Source: Escherichia coli (GTDB taxonomy: Bacteria > Pseudomonadota > Gammaproteobacteria > Enterobacterales > Enterobacteriaceae). Taken from it: a stretch of DNA of 64,000 nt. Below the pieces are notes generated by a model. It was not told the origin of the DNA and ran no database searches. It saw only the letters and a program-made list of their open reading frames with translations. Location: the NCBI RefSeq assembly GCF_030013205.1, contig NZ_CP122648.1, one strand, 5' to 3'. This document shows, piece by piece, positions 8,789 to 20,005 of this stretch. Positions within the stretch are counted from its first letter, which is position 1. Every line of letters starts with the position of its first letter. A program made the position numbers and the translations under genes.

Positions 8789-10051
8789 CTATTTTAATGG
8801 ATTGTTAATCTTTGCATATTCAAACGGGCTGATACATTGTTCTCTGTTCGCATCCAGAAAATCTGCCCACCACTGTAGCATCAGTCGACGTTCTTCCAGA
8901 TGTTCTGCTTTATGGATATACGCAGCACGTACACCATTACGCTCCTGATGGCTCATCTGACGTTCCACAGCATCGCGGGACCACAAACCTGATTCAATCA
9001 ATGCACTGCACGCCATCGCCCGGAATCCATGGCCACAGACTTCCCGGGTTGTGTCATACCCCATCACCCTCAGGGCTTTATTTACAGTATTTTCACTGAT
9101 TGGTTTACGCGGGTCATGTGCACCCGTAAATATCAGACCATTTTCACCTGCCCATGTCTGAAGTTCCGTCAGTATGGCTACAGCCTGTTTGCTGAGTGGC
9201 ACAAGATGTGGTGTTCGCATCTTGGAGCCCCGGTGTGAGAATTTTACGCCTGGCAGAGGTTCGCGTTCGGCTGGAATAGTCCACATGGCATTGTCAATAT
9301 CAATTTCAGACCAGCGGGCGTATCTGAGTTCACTGGAACGAATAAAAACCAGTAAATTCAGCATAACGGCAAGCTGGGTGACAGGTTGCCCCTTGTAACT
9401 GCCAATACGCGACAAAAGTTCAGGCAGGCGAGAAAGATCAAGAGCGGGGCGATGCTGGCGTTTTACCGTGGTCAATGCACCAGCCATATCCAGAGCCGGG
9501 TTATATCTGATGATGCCAGACTGTACGGCATAACGCATTACAGCAGATATTCTTTGCTGCAGACGACTGGCGATTTCATAAATTTGTTTAGCTTCTGCAG
9601 CACGAACAGGGATAAGCAGGTCCGGGGTACTGAGTGTTGTGATATCCCGGTTGCCGATAAAGGGGAAAACGTGTGTCTCGAGACTTTTGAGTACTTTATC
9701 GCTGTGTGATTGTGCCCATTGTTTATTACTGGCATGCCAGCGTCGTGCAATATGTTCAAAAGAGAGTTGTAAATCAGGGACTACTTTTTTAGCTCTTTTC
9801 TGTTCGCAAGGGTCAACCCCCTCCGAAATCAGTTTTCGGGCCTCATCCCGTTTTGTACGAGCTTCGGAGAGAGAAACTTCCGGATACACACCAAGTGCCA
9901 GGGTTTTCTCCTTACCCAGAATACGATAACGGAGACGCCAGTAACGGGAACCATTAGGATGAACCAGCAGGAACATGCCGGCCCCGTCAGTGAGTTTATA
10001 AGCCTTGTCAGTGGGCTTTGCAGCCCGGATTTTTGCGTCAGTCAGTGCCAT
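8789..10051 (-). CDS. P4-type tyrosine integrase
   Basis: 420-aa ORF beginning MALTDAKIRAAKPTDKAYKL, transcribed away from the adjacent tRNA-Phe 3' end. Confidence 0.9.
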   Translation of the reverse strand: MALTDAKIRAAKPTDKAYKLTDGAGMFLLVHPNGSRYWRLRYRILGKEKTLALGVYPEVSLSEARTKRDEARKLISEGVDPCEQKRAKKVVPDLQLSFEHIARRWHASNKQWAQSHSDKVLKSLETHVFPFIGNRDITTLSTPDLLIPVRAAEAKQIYEIASRLQQRISAVMRYAVQSGIIRYNPALDMAGALTTVKRQHRPALDLSRLPELLSRIGSYKGQPVTQLAVMLNLLVFIRSSELRYARWSEIDIDNAMWTIPAEREPLPGVKFSHRGSKMRTPHLVPLSKQAVAILTELQTWAGENGLIFTGAHDPRKPISENTVNKALRVMGYDTTREVCGHGFRAMACSALIESGLWSRDAVERQMSHQERNGVRAAYIHKAEHLEERRLMLQWWADFLDANREQCISPFEYAKINNPLK

Positions 10052-10204
10052 AGTTCAGCCTTCTGAATGCGTTAAAGAGGGTATAAATTCTGTCGAACTG
10101 GGGTATACCCGCAATTATACCCACACAATGGGGTTGATGTGGGGGGAATCTGGTTGAGTTCGGTAGAATTGATTTGGAGGCAGAACGCTTAAATTGTGGC
10201 GTTC

Positions 10205-10237
10205 TGAAACGAAAAACGGACCTCCGTGGAGGTCCGT
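10205..10237 (-). terminator. intrinsic terminator downstream of tRNA-Phe
   Basis: 9-bp stem ACGGACCTC/GAGGTCCGT with 4-nt loop, followed on the minus strand by a T-run. Confidence 0.6.
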
Positions 10238-10248
10238 TGATATGAATT

Positions 10249-10324
10249 TGGTGCCCGGACTCGGAATCGAACCAAGGACACGGGGATTTTCAATCCCCTG
10301 CTCTACCGACTGAGCTATCCGGGC
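10249..10324 (-). tRNA. pheV: tRNA-Phe (GAA)
   Basis: Exact 76-nt reverse complement of the remembered E. coli tRNA-Phe with anticodon GAA and CCA end; pheV rather than pheU by synteny with yqgA-speC. Confidence 0.95.
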
Positions 10325-10429
10325 AACGGGGCGCATTAAACCTGATTCGCCTCGTCTCGTCAATCAAATTTCTTCAATTTACTGCAGACTGCACAATCTA
10401 TCATCACTTTGCCGCTATTGCACGCATTG

Positions 10430-11158
10430 TCAGGCAAACCAGGCGGTCCAGGCGGCGGAAAGCGGCATTGCCAGAAGGAGTGCTGGAAGCATGTTGACCA
10501 CCGGGAACATTTTAATGCCACAGATGCGTAATCCGGTTGCCAGCAGCAATAAACCGCCTACGGCGCTGAAGTCTGCCATCATCGACGGTGTGGTCAGCGG
10601 TAATATCAGCGCGGCAGCCCACGCCAGCGTTAGCTGGATGATCAGTAATGGGATACTAATTACCGACACCGCAATACCCAGCGAGCAGGCGAAGATCATC
10701 GCCGTAAAGAAATCAAGAAATGACTTGGCGATTAAAATACTCGGATCGCCGGTCATCCCTTCGTTCATCGCCCCGAAGATCCCGGTGCCGCTGGCGCAAA
10801 ACAGGACAATAATCGCGACATAATTCTGAATAAAAGATTCATGCGCTGGCTTCTTACGTGAGTGGCGAAACAGATTTTGTGCTTTGGTGACCGCGGTATT
10901 GACGCCTTTTTCCAGCAGACAAATTTCGCCGATTAATGCACCGAGTAAGGTTGCTAAAACCATCGCCGGAAGGTTGGCGCATTTCACCACCAGTAAAATA
11001 CCAATCCCCAGCGATGCCAGACCAAAAATTGATGTCATGGAGACGCGGATACGTTCCGGTAAGCGTTGGCTAAGGAGTGCACCGAGAACGCCACCCAGTA
11101 ATACTGCACTTGCGTTGATAAAAGGACCGATGACCACAAGAGTTCCTGTTAGCTGCAT
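10430..11158 (-). CDS. yqgA: DUF554-family inner-membrane protein YqgA
   Basis: 242-aa polytopic membrane ORF immediately upstream of pheV, as in K-12. Confidence 0.75.
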   Translation of the reverse strand: MQLTGTLVVIGPFINASAVLLGGVLGALLSQRLPERIRVSMTSIFGLASLGIGILLVVKCANLPAMVLATLLGALIGEICLLEKGVNTAVTKAQNLFRHSRKKPAHESFIQNYVAIIVLFCASGTGIFGAMNEGMTGDPSILIAKSFLDFFTAMIFACSLGIAVSVISIPLLIIQLTLAWAAALILPLTTPSMMADFSAVGGLLLLATGLRICGIKMFPVVNMLPALLLAMPLSAAWTAWFA

Positions 11159-11529
11159 TGTCTGATTTTCTTATTATGACCGTTTGGCACCTTCGATGGC
11201 TTGTTTGTTCGCAAAGTCCTGGCTTGCACGCTCTGGTGAAAGGTGCCATGATTGCGCGAATTTTCTCCTCTCTGTACGGAGTTTGCCCGATGCACGCCAC
11301 CTCCTTACATTCTCTCGCTTATCGCCGTTTCGCGCGAAACTCCTCCCCTTTTCTGCTCATGCGGTGAAGTTAACGCACGCTCACTGCAGGACAACAGTAA
11401 AATCAGAGCGTTTCTGCTTTTACTGATGTCTGGCGGTCGGAGCTGGTGACCAGTTTGACCCATATCTCGTGGGGCAGGGTTTTTCACCTTGTCCGGTATT
11501 CTTACTTCCCCGAAACGGGTTTTGCGCTT

Positions 11530-13665
11530 ATGAAATCAATGAATATTGCCGCCAGTAGTGAACTGGTATCCCGACTTTCTACTCATCGCCGCGTGGTGGC
11601 GTTGGGAGATACTGATTTTACGGACGTCGCGGCAGTCGTCATTACCGCTGCGGATAGCCGCAGTGGCATTCTTGCGTTGCTTAAGCGCACCGGTTTTCAT
11701 CTACCGGTGTTTTTGTATTCCGAACATGTTGTTGAATTACCTGCGGGCGTTACGGCGGTAATCAACGGCAACGAGCAGCAGTGGCTGGAGCTGGAATCCG
11801 CAGCCTGTCAGTATGAAGAGAATTTGCTGCCACCGTTTTATGACACGCTGACGCAGTACGTTGAGATGGGCAACAGCACCTTTGCTTGCCCTGGACATCA
11901 ACATGGTGCGTTCTTTAAAAAGCATCCTGCCGGACGCCATTTTTACGATTTCTTTGGTGAGAACATCTTTCGCGCCGATATGTGTAACGCTGACGTAAAA
12001 TTGGGCGATCTGCTTATTCATGAAGGATCGGCGAAAGATGCGCAGAAATTCGCAGCCAAAGTCTTTCATGCCGATAAAACCTATTTTGTCCTGAACGGCA
12101 CATCGGCAGCGAATAAAGTGGTGACGAATGCGCTGTTAACGCGTGGCGATCTGGTGCTCTTCGACCGTAACAACCATAAGTCGAATCATCACGGCGCGCT
12201 GATTCAGGCGGGGGCGACGCCGGTCTATCTGGAAGCTTCACGTAACCCGTTTGGTTTCATTGGCGGTATTGATGCGCACTGTTTTAATGAAGAGTATCTG
12301 CGCCAGCAAATTCGCGACGTTGCGCCAGAAAAAGCTGAGTTGCCGCGCCCGTTTCGCCTGGCGATTATTCAGCTGGGAACCTATGACGGCACTGTCTATA
12401 ACGCCCGCCAGGTGATCGATACCGTTGGGCATCTGTGTGATTACATTCTGTTTGATTCCGCGTGGGTCGGTTACGAACAATTTATACCGATGATGGCGGA
12501 TAGCTCGCCGCTGCTGTTAGAACTTAACGAAAACGATCCGGGGATTTTTGTGACCCAGTCGGTGCACAAACAGCAGGCGGGATTCTCACAGACGTCGCAG
12601 ATCCATAAAAAAGATAACCATATCCGCGGACAGGCGCGTTTTTGCCCGCATAAGCGGTTGAATAATGCCTTTATGCTCCATGCTTCTACCAGCCCGTTCT
12701 ATCCGCTGTTTGCTGCACTGGACGTTAACGCCAAAATTCATGAAGGGGAGAGTGGGCGTCGGCTGTGGGCGGAGTGTGTTGAGATAGGGATTGAAGCGCG
12801 CAAGGCTATTCTTGCGCACTGTAAGCTGTTCCGCCCGTTTATCCCGCCCGTTGTTGATGGCAAATTGTGGCAGGATTATCCGACATCAGTGTTAGCCAGT
12901 GACCGTCGTTTTTTCAGTTTTGAGCCGGGGGCGAAGTGGCACGGCTTTGAAGGATATGCCGCGGATCAGTATTTTGTTGATCCGTGCAAGCTGTTACTCA
13001 CTACACCAGGTATTAATGCCGAAACTGGCGAATATAGCGACTTTGGCGTTCCGGCGACGATTCTGGCGCACTATCTGCGTGAGAACGGCATTGTGCCGGA
13101 GAAGTGCGATCTCAACTCCATTCTGTTCTTATTAACTCCGGCGGAAAGCCACGAGAAGCTGGCGCAACTGGTGGCGATGCTGGCGCAGTTTGAACAGCAT
13201 ATTGAGGATGACTCGCCGCTGGCTGAGGTGTTGCCGAGCGTTTATAACAAATATCCGGTGCGCTATCGCGACTACACCCTGCGCCAGTTGTGTCAGGAGA
13301 TGCACGATCTGTATGTCAGTTTCGACGTCAAAGACCTACAAAAAGCGATGTTCCGCCAGCAGAGTTTCCCGTCAGTGGTGATGAACCCCCAGGATGCGCA
13401 TAGCGCTTATATTCGCGGTGAAGTGGAGTTGGTGCGGATTCGTGATGCCGAAGGGCGAATTGCGGCAGAAGGGGCGTTGCCTTATCCACCAGGCGTGCTT
13501 TGCGTGGTACCCGGAGAAGTCTGGGGTGGGGCGGTTCAACGTTATTTCCTTGCGCTGGAAGAAGGGGTGAATTTGTTGCCGGGATTTTCGCCGGAGCTGC
13601 AAGGTGTCTATAGCGAAACCGATGCAGATGGCATGAAACGATTGTACGGTTATGTGTTGAAGTAA
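11530..13665 (+). CDS. speC: ornithine decarboxylase, constitutive
   Basis: 711 aa from MKSMNIAASSELVSRL; matches remembered SpeC; six-frame ORF trimmed by 28 aa. Confidence 0.95.
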   Translation: MKSMNIAASSELVSRLSTHRRVVALGDTDFTDVAAVVITAADSRSGILALLKRTGFHLPVFLYSEHVVELPAGVTAVINGNEQQWLELESAACQYEENLLPPFYDTLTQYVEMGNSTFACPGHQHGAFFKKHPAGRHFYDFFGENIFRADMCNADVKLGDLLIHEGSAKDAQKFAAKVFHADKTYFVLNGTSAANKVVTNALLTRGDLVLFDRNNHKSNHHGALIQAGATPVYLEASRNPFGFIGGIDAHCFNEEYLRQQIRDVAPEKAELPRPFRLAIIQLGTYDGTVYNARQVIDTVGHLCDYILFDSAWVGYEQFIPMMADSSPLLLELNENDPGIFVTQSVHKQQAGFSQTSQIHKKDNHIRGQARFCPHKRLNNAFMLHASTSPFYPLFAALDVNAKIHEGESGRRLWAECVEIGIEARKAILAHCKLFRPFIPPVVDGKLWQDYPTSVLASDRRFFSFEPGAKWHGFEGYAADQYFVDPCKLLLTTPGINAETGEYSDFGVPATILAHYLRENGIVPEKCDLNSILFLLTPAESHEKLAQLVAMLAQFEQHIEDDSPLAEVLPSVYNKYPVRYRDYTLRQLCQEMHDLYVSFDVKDLQKAMFRQQSFPSVVMNPQDAHSAYIRGEVELVRIRDAEGRIAAEGALPYPPGVLCVVPGEVWGGAVQRYFLALEEGVNLLPGFSPELQGVYSETDADGMKRLYGYVLK

Positions 13666-13668
13666 GAA

Positions 13669-13703
13669 AAAAACGGGTCACCTTCTGGCGACCCGTTTTT
13701 CTT
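13669..13703. terminator. bidirectional terminator between convergent speC and nupG
   Basis: Hairpin AACGGGTC...GACCCGTT flanked by A-run and T-run. Confidence 0.65.
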
Positions 13704-13710
13704 TGCGTAA

Positions 13711-14967
13711 TTAGTGGCTCACCGTCTGTGTGCCTGTCGGGACACGAACGTGTTTATATTTGAACATCGCCATGAACGCGAAGGCCAGAACCACGGAGTA
13801 ACCAGCGAAAATCAACCATACGGTCTGCCAGTCGGTAATGCCGTTTTGGGTGTACATCTCAACAACTTTACCGCTCACGATGCCGCCAAGGATACAGCCG
13901 AAGCCGTTAGTCATCATCAGGAACATCCCCTGCGCACTGGCGCGAATTGCCGGGCTAACTTCTTTTTCGACAAACACCGAACCAGAGATGTTGAAGAAGT
14001 CGAATGCGCAACCGTAAACGATCATCGACAGTACCAGCAGTACAGTACCGAGCGGAGTCGGGTCGCCGTAAGCAAACAGCGCAAAACGCAGGATCCACGC
14101 CACAATACTGATCATCATTACGTTCTTAATACCGTAGCGGCTTAAGAAGAACGGGATAGTCAGAATGAACAGGGTTTCAGAGATCTGCGAAATCGACATG
14201 ATGATTGACGCATGCTGCACAATAAAGCTGCTGGCAAACATCGGATCTTTGTCGAAGCTGTGCAGGAAGGTGTTACCGAACATGTTGGTAATCTGCAGTT
14301 CCGCGCCCAGCAGCATTGAGAAGATGAAGAAGATTGCCATACGCTTGTTTTTAAACAGCGCGAATGCATCGAGGCCCAGCAGGGTTGTCCAGCTTTGATT
14401 CGCTTGCTGTTTAGCAACCGGAATGTGCGGCAGAGTCAGGGTAAACAGAACCAGAATGGCGGAAAGTGCTGCGCCAATATACAGCTGCATGTGGCTTAAT
14501 TCGAAGCCAGACAGGCTCACCACCCACATTGCCATGATAAAGCCGATGGTGCCCCAGATACGGATTGGCGGGAAGTCAGTAACGATATCCATCCCGGCAT
14601 TTTGCAGGCGATAGTAAGAGATGGTGTTGATTAACCCAAGCGTTGGCATATAAGCAAACGAGTTAATCAATATCACAAGGAACATCGCTTCCGGCGTCGT
14701 GACCTGTGCCGCCATGAACAGCGTGATAGCGCCAATGGTGTGGCAAATGGCATATACCCATTTCGCACTTAACCATTTGTCGGCCACAATCCCCAGCAGC
14801 GCAGGCATAAAGACCGCGGCGATACCCAGTGAACTATAAACTGCGCCAATAGAAGCACCGTCAAACTTCAGGGTAACAAACATATAGGAGCCGAGGGTCG
14901 TCAGCCAACTTCCCCACAGACAGAACTGCAGAAAAGAGAGGATTTTCAGCTGCAGCTTAAGATTCAT
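13711..14967 (-). CDS. nupG: nucleoside:H+ symporter NupG
   Basis: 418 aa from MNLKLQLKILSFLQF; six-frame ORF trimmed by 16 aa. Confidence 0.9.
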   Translation of the reverse strand: MNLKLQLKILSFLQFCLWGSWLTTLGSYMFVTLKFDGASIGAVYSSLGIAAVFMPALLGIVADKWLSAKWVYAICHTIGAITLFMAAQVTTPEAMFLVILINSFAYMPTLGLINTISYYRLQNAGMDIVTDFPPIRIWGTIGFIMAMWVVSLSGFELSHMQLYIGAALSAILVLFTLTLPHIPVAKQQANQSWTTLLGLDAFALFKNKRMAIFFIFSMLLGAELQITNMFGNTFLHSFDKDPMFASSFIVQHASIIMSISQISETLFILTIPFFLSRYGIKNVMMISIVAWILRFALFAYGDPTPLGTVLLVLSMIVYGCAFDFFNISGSVFVEKEVSPAIRASAQGMFLMMTNGFGCILGGIVSGKVVEMYTQNGITDWQTVWLIFAGYSVVLAFAFMAMFKYKHVRVPTGTQTVSH

Positions 14968-15168
14968 GTTAATTTCCTCACATCGTGATGCGGATGAGTG
15001 TTTGAAAAAGCACATTTGACCGTGCGAGATGATGGGATTCTATCAACTTCCCGGACTGGTTTTTTGTTACCTGTGGCAAATAATTGCAAACATTCCCAAT
15101 TTGCAAAACGAAATTGTGATGTGGATAACATTTTTGCCCCTGAGCATCGTCAGGGGCGGTTAGTGGAA

Positions 15169-16275
<1,107 letters not shown>

Positions 16276-16312
16276 TTATGCAAGTTGCCGGAGGCGACCT
16301 CCGGCACTGTTT

Positions 16313-16591
<279 letters not shown>

Positions 16592-16615
16592 TCATCCTCT
16601 TTATCGACTCACGCG

Positions 16616-17668
16616 CTAAACCGGCGCGCCAGTGCGTAACTGCTGTAACAAACGCTCCACGGGAGCCGCCAGGCCAACTGACGGCGGTTGCGCTAAGTTA
16701 TACCAGAGCGCATTGCCTTCATCCATGCAGCCGGTGAATGACGACACGGGAAGCCACATAGGCACAATATCTAAGTGGAAATGGCTGAAGGTATGCCGAA
16801 ACGCGGTCAGTTGCGTCAGGTTATCGGCAGCAATCTGCCGTTGCGTCAACCATAGTCGCAAACTTTCTTCATCGGCAAACTGCGGGAAACAGTATAAACT
16901 GCCCCACAATCCGCTCGGCGGACGCTGCGCCAGCAATACTTCATCTTCGTGCTGTAACAGTAAAAAGTAACCCGTGCGCTCCGGTAGCGTCTGCTTTGGT
17001 TTTTTGCCCGGATAAAGCGACCAGCTATTGTTGGCGGCGGCAATACACCCGTTTTGTAGCGGACAGAGCGAACATTTCGGCTTAGAGCGCGTACAAATCA
17101 TCGCGCCCAAATCCATCATCGCCTGATTAAACCGTTCCACGCCAACCGCGGGCGTCACCTGCTCGCTCAAACTCCACAGTTTATTCTCGACTTCTTTTTT
17201 CCCAGGCCAGCCGCTTACAGCATAGCAGCGCGCCAGCACGCGTTTGACGTTACCGTCGAGAATCGGAAAGTGCTTACCCAGAGAAAGCGAGAGAATCGCG
17301 CCTGCGGTGGAACGCCCGACGCCCGGCAGTGCTGCAACTTCCTCAAAGGTTTCCGGGAATTTACCGCCGTGTAAGGTCGCCACTTGCTGTGCCGCTTTAT
17401 GCAGATTGCGCGCGCGGGCGTAATAGCCAAGCCCGGTCCACAAGTGGAGAACTTCGTCGAGCGGCGCATTGGCGAGATCGGTCACCGTTGGGAAGCGCGC
17501 CATAAAGCGTTCAAAATAGGGGATAACGGTCGCAACCTGAGTTTGTTGCAACATCACTTCTGAGAGCCATACTTTGTAGGGCGTCTTGTCAATTTGCCAG
17601 GGCAGCGTTTTCCGCCCGTATTTATCGTACCAGTCCAGAACCTGGGCTGAAAATTGCGACGCTTGCAT
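16616..17668 (-). CDS. mutY: adenine DNA glycosylase MutY
   Basis: 350 aa from [20 protein letters not shown]; helix-hairpin-helix and Cys cluster; six-frame ORF trimmed by 10 aa. Confidence 0.9.
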   Translation of the reverse strand: MQASQFSAQVLDWYDKYGRKTLPWQIDKTPYKVWLSEVMLQQTQVATVIPYFERFMARFPTVTDLANAPLDEVLHLWTGLGYYARARNLHKAAQQVATLHGGKFPETFEEVAALPGVGRSTAGAILSLSLGKHFPILDGNVKRVLARCYAVSGWPGKKEVENKLWSLSEQVTPAVGVERFNQAMMDLGAMICTRSKPKCSLCPLQNGCIAAANNSWSLYPGKKPKQTLPERTGYFLLLQHEDEVLLAQRPPSGLWGSLYCFPQFADEESLRLWLTQRQIAADNLTQLTAFRHTFSHFHLDIVPMWLPVSSFTGCMDEGNALWYNLAQPPSVGLAAPVERLLQQLRTGAPV

Positions 17669-17828
17669 GGTCACCGAATTCACTGTTGTTGGGGGCAAGA
17701 TTGCAGCACAGCGACGGCAGGGTGTAAACCGGAACTTTCCGCAGCCACGGCCTTATCATGCTTGCATCCGGCAACTAACTTTGGATAATGCCCGTTTTCA
17801 GAACACTTTCACAAGCGACTAAATCTTT

Positions 17829-18548
17829 ATGAAAAACGACGTCATCTCACCGGAATTTGATGAAAACGGCCGCCCACTGCGCCGTATCCGTAGTTTTGTG
17901 CGCCGCCAGGGGCGACTGACCAAAGGCCAGGAACATGCGCTGGAAAACTACTGGCCGGTGATGGGCGTTGAGTTCAGCGAAGATATGCTGGATTTCCCTG
18001 CGCTTTTTGGCCGTGAAGCGCCGGTGACGCTTGAGATTGGTTTCGGCATGGGGGCGTCGCTGGTGGCAATGGCTAAAGATCGCCCCGAGCAGGACTTCCT
18101 CGGCATTGAAGTGCATTCACCGGGCGTTGGTGCGTGCCTGGCTTCTGCGCATGAAGAGGGCTTAAGCAACCTGCGCGTGATGTGTCACGATGCGGTTGAA
18201 GTGCTGCATAAAATGATTCCTGACAATTCATTGCGCATGGTGCAGCTCTTTTTCCCTGACCCGTGGCACAAAGCGCGCCATAATAAACGCCGTATCGTTC
18301 AGGTGCCGTTTGCCGAACTGGTAAAAAGCAAACTGCAACTGGGGGGCGTATTCCATATGGCGACCGACTGGGAACCTTATGCGGAACATATGCTTGAAGT
18401 GATGTCTTCTATTGACGGTTATAAAAACCTGTCAGAGAGCAATGATTACGTACCGCGTCCGGCATCACGTCCGGTGACGAAATTTGAACAACGTGGTCAT
18501 CGTCTTGGTCACGGAGTATGGGACTTAATGTTCGAGAGGGTGAAATAA
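17829..18548 (+). CDS. trmB: tRNA (guanine46-N7)-methyltransferase
   Basis: 239-aa [22 protein letters not shown]; stop overlaps the yggL start (TAATG). Confidence 0.9.
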   Translation: MKNDVISPEFDENGRPLRRIRSFVRRQGRLTKGQEHALENYWPVMGVEFSEDMLDFPALFGREAPVTLEIGFGMGASLVAMAKDRPEQDFLGIEVHSPGVGACLASAHEEGLSNLRVMCHDAVEVLHKMIPDNSLRMVQLFFPDPWHKARHNKRRIVQVPFAELVKSKLQLGGVFHMATDWEPYAEHMLEVMSSIDGYKNLSESNDYVPRPASRPVTKFEQRGHRLGHGVWDLMFERVK

Positions 18549-18874
18549 TGGCAAAGAACCGTAGCCGTCGTCTGCGTAAAAAAATGCACATCGACGAATT
18601 CCAGGAATTAGGATTTTCGGTGGCATGGCGATTCCCGGAAGGTACATCGGAAGAACAGATTGATAAAACCGTTGATGACTTTATTAACGAGGTTATCGAA
18701 CCGAACAAACTGGCCTTTGACGGCAGCGGTTATCTGGCCTGGGAAGGTCTGATCTGCATGCAGGAAATCGGCAAATGCACCGAAGAACATCAGGCGATTG
18801 TGCGTAAGTGGCTGGAAGAGCGCAAACTGGGCGAGGTACGCACCAGCGAACTTTTCGACGTTTGGTGGGACTAA
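18548..18874 (+). CDS. yggL: DUF469 protein YggL
   Basis: 108 aa from [18 protein letters not shown]; six-frame ORF trimmed by 10 aa. Confidence 0.85.
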   Translation: MAKNRSRRLRKKMHIDEFQELGFSVAWRFPEGTSEEQIDKTVDDFINEVIEPNKLAFDGSGYLAWEGLICMQEIGKCTEEHQAIVRKWLEERKLGEVRTSELFDVWWD

Positions 18875-18914
18875 GAAAACATACGGGCGATGACAAAGTT
18901 AAAAAAAGCGCTCG

Positions 18915-19030
18915 GATAGTCCCCTCGCCCCTCCGGGGAGAGGGTTAGGGGGAGGGGAACAGACCAGCACTGGCGCGATTATTTACCCTCACCCCGACCC
19001 TCTCCCTAAAAGGGCGAGGGGGAAAACCGT
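18915..19030. repeat. GC-rich imperfect inverted repeat, probably a known enterobacterial intergenic repeat
   Basis: TCCCCTCGCCCCTCCGGGGAGAGGGTTAGGGGGAGGGG mirrored by CCCTCACCCCGACCCTCTCCCTAAAAGGGCGAGGGGGA in the yggL-yggN intergenic region. Confidence 0.4.
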
Positions 19031-19110
19031 GCCCCTTTTGACTTTTAAGCCAGTTTGTTATCAATCTGGGGTCAGCAAATGCTGGCCTGATTTGTTCTTG
19101 AGGGAAGACT

Positions 19111-19830
19111 ATGATGCGCAAAATGCTGCTGGCGGCAGCACTTTCAGTGACGGCGATGACCGCTCACGCCGACTACCAGTGCAGCGTCACGCCGCGTGAC
19201 GATGTGATTGTCAGCCCGCAAACCGTGCAGGTGAAGGGCGAAAACGGCAATCTGGTGATCACGCCAGACGGCAACGTGATGTATAACGGTAAGCAATATT
19301 CCCTGAATGCCGCCCAGCGCGAGCAGGCGAAGGATTATCAGGCTGAACTGCGTAGCACCCTGCCGTGGATTGATGAAGGCGCGAAAAGCCGCGTCGAAAA
19401 AGCCCGTATTGCGCTGGATAAAATTATCGTTCAGGAGATGGGCGAAAGCAGCAAAATGCGCAGCCGTCTGACCAAACTTGATGCGCAGCTGAAAGAGCAG
19501 ATGAACCGCATTATCGAAACGCGCAGCGATGGCCTGACGTTCCACTATAAAGCCATTGATCAGGTTCGCGCCGAAGGCCAGCAATTAGTGAATCAGGCAA
19601 TGGGCGGAATTTTACAGGACAGCATTAATGAAATGGGCGCGAAAGCGGTGCTGAAAAGCGGCGGTAACCCATTACAGAATGTGCTGGGAAGCCTGGGCGG
19701 TCTGCAATCCTCAATCCAAACCGAATGGAAAAAGCAGGAAAAAGATTTCCAGCAGTTTGGCAAAGATGTTTGTAGCCGCGTTGTGACTCTGGAAGATAGT
19801 CGCAAAGCCCTGGTCGGGAATTTAAAATAA
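19111..19830 (+). CDS. yggN: DUF2884 periplasmic protein YggN
   Basis: 239-aa ORF with signal peptide (MMRKMLLAAALSVTAMTAHA). Confidence 0.85.
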   Translation: MMRKMLLAAALSVTAMTAHADYQCSVTPRDDVIVSPQTVQVKGENGNLVITPDGNVMYNGKQYSLNAAQREQAKDYQAELRSTLPWIDEGAKSRVEKARIALDKIIVQEMGESSKMRSRLTKLDAQLKEQMNRIIETRSDGLTFHYKAIDQVRAEGQQLVNQAMGGILQDSINEMGAKAVLKSGGNPLQNVLGSLGGLQSSIQTEWKKQEKDFQQFGKDVCSRVVTLEDSRKALVGNLK

Positions 19831-20005
19831 TCCTCTATTTTAAGACGGCATAATACTTTTTTATGCCGTTTAATTCTTCGTTTTGTTACCTGCCTCTAAC
19901 TTTGTAGATCTCCAAAATATATTCACGGTGTAAATTGTTTAACGTCAAATTTCCCATACAAAGCTAAGGGATAATGCGTAGCGTTCACGTAACTGGAGGA
20001 ATGAA

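Noticed and set aside
10115-10363. 82-aa ORF overlapping tRNA-Phe
   Set aside because: Overlaps a clear tRNA gene and its terminator; spurious.
11446-11529. N-terminal extension of speC in the six-frame track (the same applies to mutY, nupG, pgk, fbaA, epd, tktA, loiP, rdgB, ruvX, yqgE, rsmE, galP, metK, speA, yggR, yggL, scpB and ygfI)
   Set aside because: The track starts at the first in-frame Met; trimmed to the recognised native N-terminus.
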